Position numbers and translations under genes: made by a program | Part shown: positions 6,728 through 14,694 of the stretch, piece after piece | Numbering within the stretch: position 1 is the first letter of the stretch | Layout: each line of letters begins with the position of its first letter | Source of the DNA: Candidatus Saccharimonadota bacterium | GTDB lineage: Bacteria > Patescibacteriota > Saccharimonadia > Saccharimonadales > Saccharimonadaceae | Reading direction: 5' to 3' | Assembly (NCBI GenBank): GCA_001029695.1 | Contig: CP011211.1 | Span: 720,001 to 752,000 of the forward strand | DNA length: 32,000 bases | Notes under the pieces: model-generated | Seen by the model: the letters and a program-made list of their open reading frames with translations, nothing else | The model's database searches: none | Told to the model about the DNA's origin: nothing

Positions 6728-8491
6728 ATGAGCAACCCAAACATTCCATCATTTGGTCCACAAACTAAAGAGCAGTTTACAGAAGAAGCAGACGCAGCAC
6801 GAAAGAAATTAGCTGCTAAATTTGGAAAAGGCGTTTTAAACGGCTGGACCGACCAGCAAGCGATCCTTTATATGGATACAGTCAAGAGGGATGTAGATAT
6901 GCTCGCCGAGTTTGAAGGTATGGCGGACATCCAAGAAACTCCCCAAACTCCTGCAGCTGCCGCTCCTGAAATCGCTCCTGCCGCTGCAGAGGCAGAAGCA
7001 GCGCCTGGTGAGCCTGCTCCTCGTGTCCCTGAAGTTCGTGAAGTGGAAGACGTACAGGCAGATGCTGATGCGCAGCCACTTGGTCGCTTCCGTCGTATTT
7101 GGAATAAGACAATCGCTCCGATTAACTGGACTCTTGTCAAGATGCGACTTGGTCCTACTCAAAAAGAAAATGAAACGGACGAGCAGTTTAACAAGCGTGT
7201 TAATAGTCGTGGTACAAAAGTTGCACTTGGGTTTGCAGCGCTTGCAACGGCTAGTCTTGCGGCACGCGGCATGCACCTTGGCGGCTGGGGACTTGATGAG
7301 ATGCATCATTCTGGCGGTGGAAGCGACATCAATCTTGCTGGCTCACAGTCAACGACAACGCCTAATACATTCGAAGAATTTTATCTAGGAAAGCAGCAAG
7401 AATACAAAGATTCACTTGCGAACGGCATTCACTATAATATGGCAGAAGACCCATTCTTTGGAGGTGACAAACTACGACCTCATGATTTCGGTGCGCCACT
7501 TCTTGGTAGTGACCTTGATAAGCCAGGTCAGCCAGCTGGGTTTGGTGAATTGACACAAAATCGTTGGAAAGAATCTCCTGAGCAATTTGCGACAATCATG
7601 ACTGGAATCAACCTCGATCCTACATTTGCCGACAACGACGAAGGTATCAATAGCCTTGGTGAACACCTAAAGAATAATCCTGACTACTACAAACTACAGT
7701 ATGACCGTGCGATGGGACTTATGAGCGCTCCTGACACAAAGATCACTGAAGTATGGAAAGATGGTAATTACGGCAGTCTATACGAAGTTGATAACAACGG
7801 TGACGGTGTTATCGCTAAAGATAACAATGTAAACCATGGCAACCAGCGCGTTATCGTGATCGAATACACAGACGCCAACGGTAATCGCCAGAAGCTCGAA
7901 CTTAACACAGAGTGTGGTGGTCAGCGCCGATGGGATGTCGCACAGCCTGTTGTACAGCAAGTTGTAGAAACACCACAAGGATCAGGCCCAGCTCCAGTAA
8001 CTAATTACTACGAGCAGCCAACCACAAGCTACACTCCAGAAACACCTACTGGCAATGGACCTCCTCCAAAAGAGGTAACCCCTCCACCAACAACGACACC
8101 ACCTACAACCACTCCACCAACAACACCACCCCCAGTAACGCCTCCAGTAAACCCACCCGTTACTCCACCGGTAACCCCTCCAGGTGAACAAAAGGGTAAT
8201 GCGTATCCAGCAAATGAATGGGTAGCACCGATGGGTCCAGGAGAGTTTATGCCTGAGCCGGTACCGGTTGAAACAGTCGTTACAACTGATCCGGGTCGAG
8301 ATATCGGCGGCGGTCAAACCCAAGCTCCGATCATTGACATAATTACGAATACTCCTAATACAGAAACTGGCGGTCAAATTACAGAAGGAACCAAACCATC
8401 ATTAGACATAGGTGGTAATGCCGGCGGAAATACAGTACAAGGTCCAGATACACCAGCAACAAATAACACCGAAGTCCAAAGTGGCCTCTAA
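6728..8491 (+). CDS. Hypothetical membrane-anchored protein with Ala/Pro- and Pro/Thr-rich linkers (587 aa)
   Basis: No N-terminal signal peptide. The layout is an AP-rich acidic tract, an internal TM (GTKVALGFAALATASLAARG), a central globular region, then a TPPPTTTPPTTTPPTTPPPVTPPVNPPVTPPVTPP linker. Confidence 0.7.
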   Translation: MSNPNIPSFGPQTKEQFTEEADAARKKLAAKFGKGVLNGWTDQQAILYMDTVKRDVDMLAEFEGMADIQETPQTPAAAAPEIAPAAAEAEAAPGEPAPRVPEVREVEDVQADADAQPLGRFRRIWNKTIAPINWTLVKMRLGPTQKENETDEQFNKRVNSRGTKVALGFAALATASLAARGMHLGGWGLDEMHHSGGGSDINLAGSQSTTTPNTFEEFYLGKQQEYKDSLANGIHYNMAEDPFFGGDKLRPHDFGAPLLGSDLDKPGQPAGFGELTQNRWKESPEQFATIMTGINLDPTFADNDEGINSLGEHLKNNPDYYKLQYDRAMGLMSAPDTKITEVWKDGNYGSLYEVDNNGDGVIAKDNNVNHGNQRVIVIEYTDANGNRQKLELNTECGGQRRWDVAQPVVQQVVETPQGSGPAPVTNYYEQPTTSYTPETPTGNGPPPKEVTPPPTTTPPTTTPPTTPPPVTPPVNPPVTPPVTPPGEQKGNAYPANEWVAPMGPGEFMPEPVPVETVVTTDPGRDIGGGQTQAPIIDIITNTPNTETGGQITEGTKPSLDIGGNAGGNTVQGPDTPATNNTEVQSGL

Positions 8492-8516
8492 ACAGTAAGA
8501 TAAGAAAGGAACTATA

Positions 8517-9848
8517 ATGCGTACATTCATCAACACAATCACTCGTAAAGCTAGCCCAAAGTATATCGCAGCAGCATCAATAATGCTCCTAACGACAATC
8601 GTTCTCTCTACAGCAGCACTTGCTTGGGGGCCGAACCGAACGACGTTTACTCAGGAGAATCCTGCAGACTACGTCACGTTCAACTCGATTACAAACAACC
8701 CTAAGTATGGTGACGAGCGAAACTTCTTCCGTGTTCGTGATATCGCTTCAAACCAATCGTACGGTGATGACGCAACACTTGTTGCTGGTAAAGAATACGA
8801 AGCCTTGATCTTCTACCATAACAATGCTAAGACAAGTCTCAACGAAAGTGGTAAAGGTATTGCACAAAACGCATTTGCTCGAGCAGAAATGCCAGCACTT
8901 GTAAAAGCAAACAACACCGACACTAAAGCTATGGCATATGTAGGTGCGTCAAACGCAAACCCGACATCTGTCTATGACCACATTACGTTTAAGAATCCAT
9001 CGACCACTGATATTGCACTTCGTTATATCCCTGGCTCAGCAAAGATCGCAAGTAACGGTGCTGTAAACGGTCAATCACTTGGTGATAGCGCAATCTTTAG
9101 CGCGACCGGTATTAAACTTGGATACAGTGCGCTTGACGGTAAACTTCCAGGTTGTGACCAATATTCTGGCTATATCGTTTTCCGATTTGTTGCCGACCAG
9201 CCTGCATTTACATTCGCTAAAGATGTACGAGTAAACAGTACAAAAGATTGGTCAGATAACGTATCTGTAAAATCAGGTACAAAAGTAGACTACCGACTTT
9301 CATACAAGAATACAGGTACAACTGAACAGAAAAATGTCGTCCTAAAGGATGTACTACCAAAAGGACTAAGCTATGTAGCTGGTTCGACTAAGATTCAGAA
9401 CGCAAACAACCCTAGCGGCAAAACAATCGAAGATGGTATCAACGCTGGTGGAGTAAACATTGGTAACTACGCTCCTGGTGCAAATGCCTTCCTCGTCTTT
9501 ACGGCAACAGTTGATGCAAAGACTTGTGATATTCTTACAAACACTGCAGCAGCCGAGACAAACAATGGTAATAAGCAAGATACAGCTAAGGTAACTATCC
9601 CAGGTGAGAACTGTAAGGTAGCCGAGTGTAAGCCAGGTGTTCCAGTCGGTGATGCACGATGTACTCCAGTTACTCCAGCTTCTGAACTTCCAACTACTGG
9701 ACCTGCAGAAGTGATTGCCGGACTTATCGGTATCGCAGCTATCACTATCGGAGTTGTCTACTACTTCAAGAGCCGTCGTGAACTACAAGATGTTCTCCAT
9801 GACGCACAATCACAGCCGACAATTACAAAGTCAACTGACAAAAAGTAA
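8517..9848 (+). CDS. LPXTG-type (LPTTG) cell-wall-anchored surface protein with a DUF11-like repeat domain
   Basis: N-terminal signal/TM (IAAASIMLLTTIVLSTAALA). VDYRLSYKNTGTTEQKNVVLKDVLPKGLSYVAGS resembles the conserved-repeat (DUF11) fold. The C-terminal ELPTTG is followed by a hydrophobic helix and KSRR. The SD AAAGGAA precedes the ATG. Confidence 0.8.
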   Translation: MRTFINTITRKASPKYIAAASIMLLTTIVLSTAALAWGPNRTTFTQENPADYVTFNSITNNPKYGDERNFFRVRDIASNQSYGDDATLVAGKEYEALIFYHNNAKTSLNESGKGIAQNAFARAEMPALVKANNTDTKAMAYVGASNANPTSVYDHITFKNPSTTDIALRYIPGSAKIASNGAVNGQSLGDSAIFSATGIKLGYSALDGKLPGCDQYSGYIVFRFVADQPAFTFAKDVRVNSTKDWSDNVSVKSGTKVDYRLSYKNTGTTEQKNVVLKDVLPKGLSYVAGSTKIQNANNPSGKTIEDGINAGGVNIGNYAPGANAFLVFTATVDAKTCDILTNTAAAETNNGNKQDTAKVTIPGENCKVAECKPGVPVGDARCTPVTPASELPTTGPAEVIAGLIGIAAITIGVVYYFKSRRELQDVLHDAQSQPTITKSTDKK

Positions 9849-9861
9849 TTGAATAAACGGC

Positions 9862-9896
9862 AAAAATACCCCCGCTATGATAGCGGGGGTATTTTG
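9862..9896. terminator. Bidirectional intrinsic terminator between convergent genes
   Basis: A 12-bp stem (ataccccCGCTA/TAGCGggggtat) flanked by an A-run and a T-run. Confidence 0.8.
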
Positions 9897-9915
9897 TTGG
9901 GAAAGGCAGCGGTAT

Positions 9916-10416
9916 TTAAGCTGCGGTTTTTTCTGCAGAAAGGTAATCGATCTCTTTGATGATATCGAGCAGTGCTTGAGCGCGGCGCGCTTCGTCAGTG
10001 ATTGACTTGGCTGCATCGTGAGCAGGTCCGATAAGAGCCGTATCGTCAGTCGAGCGAAGAAGTAAGAGGTATGTGTCGAACTTTTCTTCAGCAGAGACAT
10101 TGAGTTTGTCGACGAGCGGGCGAAGTTCGTTGAGGGCATCTTTTTTGATACCTTCGAGTGAGCTATCGGTGTGAAGTGATGATGCGTGCGGAGCTGGCTC
10201 TGATGGTGCAGGAGCTGCTGGCGCTGCGAGGTCGGGCACTGGTAACGAAGGTGGCGTAAGAGGAGCTGCTGCGGGAGCAGCTGCTGTAGCTGCGCCTGTT
10301 TCTTCAAACGAAAGATCAGTGCCTGGTTGTGCGCCTGAAAGCTGTTGGTTTACGCCAGCAAGTACTTTTGCTAGCTCTTGATCGTCATCTTGCTGACCAG
10401 TTGTTTGAGTATTCAT
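9916..10416 (-). CDS. Hypothetical protein with an Ala/Pro-rich centre (166 aa)
   Basis: The SD GAGGTG precedes the ATG. Acidic N-terminus, an AAPAAAPLTPPSLPVPDLAAPAAPAPSEPAP tract, and a helical C-terminus. I recognise no family. Confidence 0.6.
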   Translation of the reverse strand: MNTQTTGQQDDDQELAKVLAGVNQQLSGAQPGTDLSFEETGAATAAAPAAAPLTPPSLPVPDLAAPAAPAPSEPAPHASSLHTDSSLEGIKKDALNELRPLVDKLNVSAEEKFDTYLLLLRSTDDTALIGPAHDAAKSITDEARRAQALLDIIKEIDYLSAEKTAA

Positions 10417-10507
10417 CGCCCACCTCTAATAATTATACTTATGCTTCTTTACTAAAAAGTGTATCATAGTAGGAGAATTATTCGCAAGTTATATAAAAGG
10501 GGGCTGC

Positions 10508-11551
10508 ATGCTTGATGATAGCAATGTATTGAAACAACGCGATCCGCATGGAGCGCTAACCGTCGCTGCAGAGCAGTGGAAACAAGCAAACTATGAAATA
10601 GGAGTGGAAGATGCTGCCCATGATGGGCGACCACTGACGAAAGTTGTCGTCGCGGGTATGGGTGGTTCAGCGCTCGCTGCTGGAATCGTCAAGTCTTGGC
10701 TCGGCGGACGGATGGAAGTTCCGTTTGAGATAGTGCGATCATATGATCTCCCTGGCTATGTCGATAGTAGTACGCTTGTGATTGCGAGTAGCTATTCGGG
10801 CAATACGGAGGAGACGGTTAACTGTCTCCATGAGGCGCGTGATACGTTTTCTCAGGTAGCTGTGATAGCGGCGGGTGGACATTTGCTTGATGTAGCGAAG
10901 CATCAGTCGATTGCACATGTTGCACTGCCAGCAGATTTGCAGCCGCGTATGGCGATGATCTATAACCTCCGTGGGCTTGTAGCGCTGTTGGTGAACTTTG
11001 GAATCGTTCCTATTTCTACCCTCGATGAAGTGGCCTATGCTTCGGAGTGGCTTCGCGAAGCAACGGAAAAGTGGCTACCAGCTGTTGGGACGGAGCGAAA
11101 TCAGGCTAAGCAACTTGCACTTCTAGCTGTTGGAAAGACTCCTGTGTTTTACGGTGGTACACTGACGGCTCCTGTGGCGTACAAATGGAAGATTAGTTGG
11201 AATGAAAACGCCAAAAATGTTGCTACCTGGAATGAATACCCAGAGGTGAACCACAACGAGTTCATTGGCTGGACATCACATCCTATCGAAAAGCCGTTTG
11301 CAGTGTTTGATATCATTAGTAGCTTTGAGCATCCACGAATCTTGAAACGATTTGAGGTGAGCGATCGACTCCTGAGTGGTATGCGGCCAAAAGCAACCTC
11401 GGTTCATCTGCAGGGTGAAACCCCGCTCGAGCAGTTACTTTGGGGATGTGTACTCGCAGACTTTGTGAGTATCTACGTGGCGATACTAAACAATGTCGAT
11501 CCAGTACCTGTTGTGTTGATTGAGAAGTTCAAAAAAGAACTTAATGACTAA
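10508..11551 (+). CDS. Bifunctional phosphoglucose/phosphomannose isomerase family protein (SIS domain)
   Basis: 347 aa with VVVAGMGGSALAAG and SSYSGNTEET motifs characteristic of the PGI/PMI family. The SD AAGGGGG precedes the ATG. Confidence 0.8.
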   Translation: MLDDSNVLKQRDPHGALTVAAEQWKQANYEIGVEDAAHDGRPLTKVVVAGMGGSALAAGIVKSWLGGRMEVPFEIVRSYDLPGYVDSSTLVIASSYSGNTEETVNCLHEARDTFSQVAVIAAGGHLLDVAKHQSIAHVALPADLQPRMAMIYNLRGLVALLVNFGIVPISTLDEVAYASEWLREATEKWLPAVGTERNQAKQLALLAVGKTPVFYGGTLTAPVAYKWKISWNENAKNVATWNEYPEVNHNEFIGWTSHPIEKPFAVFDIISSFEHPRILKRFEVSDRLLSGMRPKATSVHLQGETPLEQLLWGCVLADFVSIYVAILNNVDPVPVVLIEKFKKELND

Positions 11552-11575
11552 TCTATAATCTTTGGAAAATGAAAT

Positions 11576-11606
11576 GACCCCTATGCACGTGATGTGCATA
11601 GGGGTC
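11576..11606. terminator. Hairpin terminator between convergent genes
   Basis: gacccctatgcac-gtgat-gtgcataggggtc followed by ttt. Confidence 0.7.
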
Positions 11607-11630
11607 TTTGAGCGAAGGGCTAAGTCGAGG

Positions 11631-12086
11631 TCATACTTTTGGCAGATATTCTTCGATGAATTTGATGATCTGCTCTGGCAGTTCGACTTTCCTTGTACTG
11701 AATGCATAGAGCCACAACACTTCGTTGAACGTGTGCTTTTTGCTGTTGCTGTGGATGGTGATATTTTCACCCGAGAACGCCACCGTCACGGTGGGCGTCT
11801 TCTCCTTCGATGAGCAGATAATGCTCTCTTTTCGGATGGTCAGTACTACCATAACACCATCGCCGTAAGCCCACTGACTACGAATGGTGGATCCATCCGG
11901 AGCTGCTGCAATGAACTTGAGCAGCTCACTGAACTTTGTGATCTCTTCTCGAAGAGCAACAGTAGTGGTACTACGGCGTGTTACCTTGTCGTGTGTTATT
12001 TCGACTATCGAAAGTTCACATCGAGGATGCTCCTCGTTTCGTAGAGTGTTCATGACGTCCGTTACTGTCTCGCCTGTGCCAAGCAT
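11631..12086 (-). CDS. Hypothetical cytoplasmic protein (151 aa from ATG 12086; the ORF track extends it to TTG 12167)
   Basis: ATG 12086 is preceded by AAGGAG plus 6 nt. It has its own promoter at 12139-12167. No TM and no family I recognise. Confidence 0.55.
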   Translation of the reverse strand: MLGTGETVTDVMNTLRNEEHPRCELSIVEITHDKVTRRSTTTVALREEITKFSELLKFIAAAPDGSTIRSQWAYGDGVMVVLTIRKESIICSSKEKTPTVTVAFSGENITIHSNSKKHTFNEVLWLYAFSTRKVELPEQIIKFIEEYLPKV

Positions 12087-12138
12087 GTCGAGCTCCTTCG
12101 CTACGACACCAACGGGATTTCCATTAGTGTATCTTTTT

Positions 12139-12167
12139 ATTATATCACAATTGACATAATAAGGCAA
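12139..12167 (-). promoter_or_regulatory. sigma70-like promoter TTGCCT-17-TATAAT with a TGn extension
   Basis: The minus strand reads TTGCCTtattatgtcaattgtgaTATAAT, starting right after the permease stop codon. Confidence 0.55.
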
Positions 12168-12169
12168 TA

Positions 12170-13405
12170 TTAGTGATATTGCCGAAGTGCTTCGATAGGG
12201 TCTTTTCGTGACGCCCGTATCGCTGGGTAGAGGCCAAAAAGAATACCTACGACAACGGAGGTGCCGATGGCGAGTCCGGCGATTTGCCAGCTAAAGAGTG
12301 GATCAAAGGTGAGGACTGAACGGCTCACGATAAAGGCGAGAAGATAGCCTGCTATATAGCCAAATAAGCCGCCGCCGATGCCTATCGCAAGTGATTCGAT
12401 GAGGAATTGAGCAGTGATATGTCCATTGCTTGCTCCAAGTGCTTTTCGTATACCGATCTCTCGAGTACGCTCAGCAACAGTGACAAGCATGATATTCATA
12501 ATACCGATACCGCCAACGATAAGTGAGATAGCAGCGACGGCGGTCATGGCTGCAGCAACGGCGAAGAAGAGTTGACTGGTTGGTCGAGAGAGGTCGTCTC
12601 CGGATAGTACGCTAAAATCATGCTCGTTTTTATGAGCTGCTCCAAGTGCTTTTTTAGTACCCTCAACGACAGACGGGAGGCTGTTTTGGTCTGTGGCTTT
12701 AATATCGATCTGTTGAATTTGGGCAACACCTTGGTTGAAGCTTTTGCCACTTTCAAGGCTGACGATTGCGGCATGGTCAAAGTCGATGTTGTTGTAGTTG
12801 ATAGGTTTGTTGGCTCGTTTGAGTACACCGATTACGGTAAAATCTTGGCCACGAATCTTGAAGTTTTGGCCGATAGACTGGTCTGTACCAAAGAGGTCAA
12901 CCGATAGTTGTGCGCCAATAACCGCTGTATCTCGATTGGTGACGCTATCGATGAATTGACCATCTTTTACGGTGAGATTACTAATAGAGATAAGGTCGGG
13001 AGTTGTCGCAACAATAGGGGTGTTTGAGGAGCTATTGTTGCCAGCGGCGACATTGCCGCCGACAAGCATAACCGGCGCAACGGCTTCAACTCCAGGTACG
13101 AGGCGGATAGCTTTCATGTCTCGCTCAGTGAGGCTGCTTGTCGCGTAAGAATGGTTCATTGGACTGGCGATGTTGTCGAGACGGGTCGTTTGCGGGACGT
13201 CTCCTGGGCGAACGACGGCGATATTGCCACCTAGCTCGTCGACTTGGTCTGTGATGACCTTTGTTGCTCCACCGCTCAGTGAAAGGATAAGTGTGATGCT
13301 CGCAACACCGATAGTGACACCGAGCATTGTGAGATTTGTGCGCATACGAGTACTTCGAAGTGAATCATAGGCGTTTTGGATATGGTTGAGGACAAGAAGA
13401 CGCAT
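12170..13405 (-). CDS. ABC transporter permease, MacB/FtsX family
   Basis: 411 aa. N-terminal TM, a large extracytoplasmic domain and three C-terminal TMs. It lies 3 nt downstream of the ATPase gene. Confidence 0.85.
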   Translation of the reverse strand: MRLLVLNHIQNAYDSLRSTRMRTNLTMLGVTIGVASITLILSLSGGATKVITDQVDELGGNIAVVRPGDVPQTTRLDNIASPMNHSYATSSLTERDMKAIRLVPGVEAVAPVMLVGGNVAAGNNSSSNTPIVATTPDLISISNLTVKDGQFIDSVTNRDTAVIGAQLSVDLFGTDQSIGQNFKIRGQDFTVIGVLKRANKPINYNNIDFDHAAIVSLESGKSFNQGVAQIQQIDIKATDQNSLPSVVEGTKKALGAAHKNEHDFSVLSGDDLSRPTSQLFFAVAAAMTAVAAISLIVGGIGIMNIMLVTVAERTREIGIRKALGASNGHITAQFLIESLAIGIGGGLFGYIAGYLLAFIVSRSVLTFDPLFSWQIAGLAIGTSVVVGILFGLYPAIRASRKDPIEALRQYH

Positions 13406-13408
13406 AGA

Positions 13409-14239
13409 TTACTTTGAGGCTCCTTTTTTAATTGTTTTTCTCTTTGCCGGGCGTCTTGACCTAAGAGTCTTTTCTTTAGGAGCCTCTGCTGCGTGGGTGT
13501 CGAGTCGCTTTTTTGTGGTGTCGACTTTCACTGTTGGTTGGAGAGTTTTTGTATCGCTGTCGATCTTGCCATCGAGCATGGTGATGACACGACTCGCGTA
13601 TGTAGTGAGTGAAGGGTTGTGTGTAACCATGATAATCGTATTGCCACGCTTATGAATGTCGGATAGTTCTTCCATGATGACGTGACTGGCTTTGCTATCG
13701 AGATTGCCCGTTGGTTCGTCGGCAAGGACGATCGAAGGGCTATTAACGAGTGCTCGAGCGATCGCTACGCGCTGAGTCTGGCCGCCCGAGAGCTGCCATG
13801 GCATGTAGTATTCGCGTTCGGATAGATGAAACGTCTGAAGCATTTTGCTTGCAAGCTGGAGTCGCTTGGTTTTTCGAATACCCTTGTAGGTGAGGGGAAG
13901 TGCGACATTTTCGATGACATTAAGTCGAGGGACAAGATTGAAGTTTTGGAATACAAATCCAATTTGCTCGCTGCGAATATTGGCGTGTCGCCGTGCACTA
14001 AGTGATTCTACTGAGCGATCTGCGAGAAAATAATCGCCATCATCAGCACGGTCAAGTAGTCCGAGGATATTCAGCAGTGTTGTTTTTCCACATCCACTCG
14101 GGCCCATGATTGCGATAAATTCACCCTTTTCAATGACAAGATCTACCCCGTCAAGGACTGTGTGTTCGGCGTCTCCAATGCCATAGCGCTTTTTCAGGCC
14201 ACGCAGAGCAATTACTGGTGCATCGGGGTTTGTTTTCAT
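13409..14239 (-). CDS. ABC transporter ATP-binding protein (MacB/LolD-like) with a basic C-terminal tail
   Basis: Walker A GPSGCGKTT, signature LSGGQTQR, Walker B IVLADEPTGNLD. A Lys/Arg-rich extension of about 50 aa follows. Confidence 0.9.
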   Translation of the reverse strand: MKTNPDAPVIALRGLKKRYGIGDAEHTVLDGVDLVIEKGEFIAIMGPSGCGKTTLLNILGLLDRADDGDYFLADRSVESLSARRHANIRSEQIGFVFQNFNLVPRLNVIENVALPLTYKGIRKTKRLQLASKMLQTFHLSEREYYMPWQLSGGQTQRVAIARALVNSPSIVLADEPTGNLDSKASHVIMEELSDIHKRGNTIIMVTHNPSLTTYASRVITMLDGKIDSDTKTLQPTVKVDTTKKRLDTHAAEAPKEKTLRSRRPAKRKTIKKGASK

Positions 14240-14248
14240 TAACTATCT

Positions 14249-14278
14249 ATTATAGAGAGAAACAGTAGAAAATCGCAA
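14249..14278 (-). promoter_or_regulatory. Promoter TTGCGA-18-TATAAT, with the -10 box 9 nt upstream of the ABC ATPase ATG (candidate leaderless)
   Basis: The minus strand reads TTGCGAttttctactgtttctctcTATAATagatagttaATG. Confidence 0.5.
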
Positions 14279-14296
14279 CAGCTAGTGTGGCGTGAA

Positions 14297-14324
14297 TTGT
14301 ACAACTGTTGTTAAAGTATAGTAT
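14297..14324 (+). promoter_or_regulatory. sigma70-like promoter TTGTAC-16-TAGTAT upstream of the tRNA-Ser locus
   Basis: The sequence reads TTGTACaactgttgttaaagtaTAGTAT. I found no comparable promoter directly upstream of the intact tRNA. Confidence 0.5.
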
Positions 14325-14355
14325 TTAAATGTTTGTTAAAATGAAAAGGCGACAT

Positions 14356-14387
14356 GGAGAGGTGGCCGAGTGGTTGGCGAAGCGCAG
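14356..14387 (+). pseudogene. tRNA-Ser 5' fragment (acceptor and D-arm copy without a matching 3' half)
   Basis: 14356-14376 is identical over 21 nt to 14510-14530 (GGAGAGGTGGCCGAGTGGTTG). Looser similarity runs to about 14387. No T-arm or 3' acceptor strand follows. Confidence 0.6.
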
Positions 14388-14509
14388 TGAAATTGTCTGA
14401 AAGTTCACTTTCAAGGCAATGAGCAAGCGGAGGAGCGGAACAAAGTGGAGCGATAGACGCACGCTTGACTCATGGAGCGCATAAGTTTGCTAGACAATAG
14501 TAGACGTAC

Positions 14510-14599
14510 GGAGAGGTGGCCGAGTGGTTGAAGGCGCACGCTTGGAAAGCGTGTGTGCCAGCAATGGTACCGCAGGTTCGAATCCTGTTCTCTCCGCCA
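14510..14599 (+). tRNA. tRNA-Ser (anticodon GGA), class II with a long variable arm and encoded CCA
   Basis: Acceptor GGAGAGG/TCTCTCC. Anticodon stem CACGC/GCGTG with loop TTGGAAA. T-arm GCAGG-TTCGAAT-CCTGT. Discriminator G followed by CCA. Confidence 0.9.
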
Positions 14600-14603
14600 A
14601 ATA

Positions 14604-14637
14604 AAAAAGATATCCAATGAGAGATGTCTTTTTTATT
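14604..14637 (+). terminator. Intrinsic terminator after tRNA-Ser
   Basis: aaagatatc-caatgaga-gatgtcttt (one G-U pair) followed by tttatttgg. Confidence 0.55.
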
Positions 14638-14677
14638 TGGTTGGTATTTTTTGAGCGCTGGGTGCTGTATTTCGATC

Positions 14678-14686
14678 TGATACACT
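14678..14686 (+). promoter_or_regulatory. Extended -10 TGATACACT, 8 nt upstream of GTG 14695 (candidate leaderless)
   Basis: The sequence reads TGATACACTaaagagtaGTG. Confidence 0.35.
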
Positions 14687-14694
14687 AAAGAGTA

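Noticed and set aside
6836-7388. Overlapping ORFs in other frames and on the other strand across the Ala/Pro-rich part of the 587-aa gene.
   Set aside because: GC-rich, low-complexity coding sequence commonly opens spurious frames. Only the 6728-8491 frame has a promoter and continues into a coherent long protein.
8040-8200. Short tandem-looking DNA repeats (ccaccaaca / ccacc units).
   Set aside because: They are in frame within the 587-aa ORF and encode a Pro/Thr linker. They are not a CRISPR array or a non-coding satellite.
11562-12159. Plus-strand ORFs 11562-11813 and 11884-12159.
   Set aside because: The minus-strand ORF has a strong SD (AAGGAG) and promoter, and the terminator hairpin at 11576-11606 fits convergent transcription. 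The plus-strand ORFs lack any signals.
14329-14397. A 22-codon plus-strand ORF (MFVKMKRRHGEVAEWLAKRSEIV) overlapping the pseudo-tRNA fragment.
   Set aside because: Its ATG is only 4 nt after the -10 box, upstream of the likely TSS, and there is no SD. Its sequence is dictated by the tRNA-like fragment.
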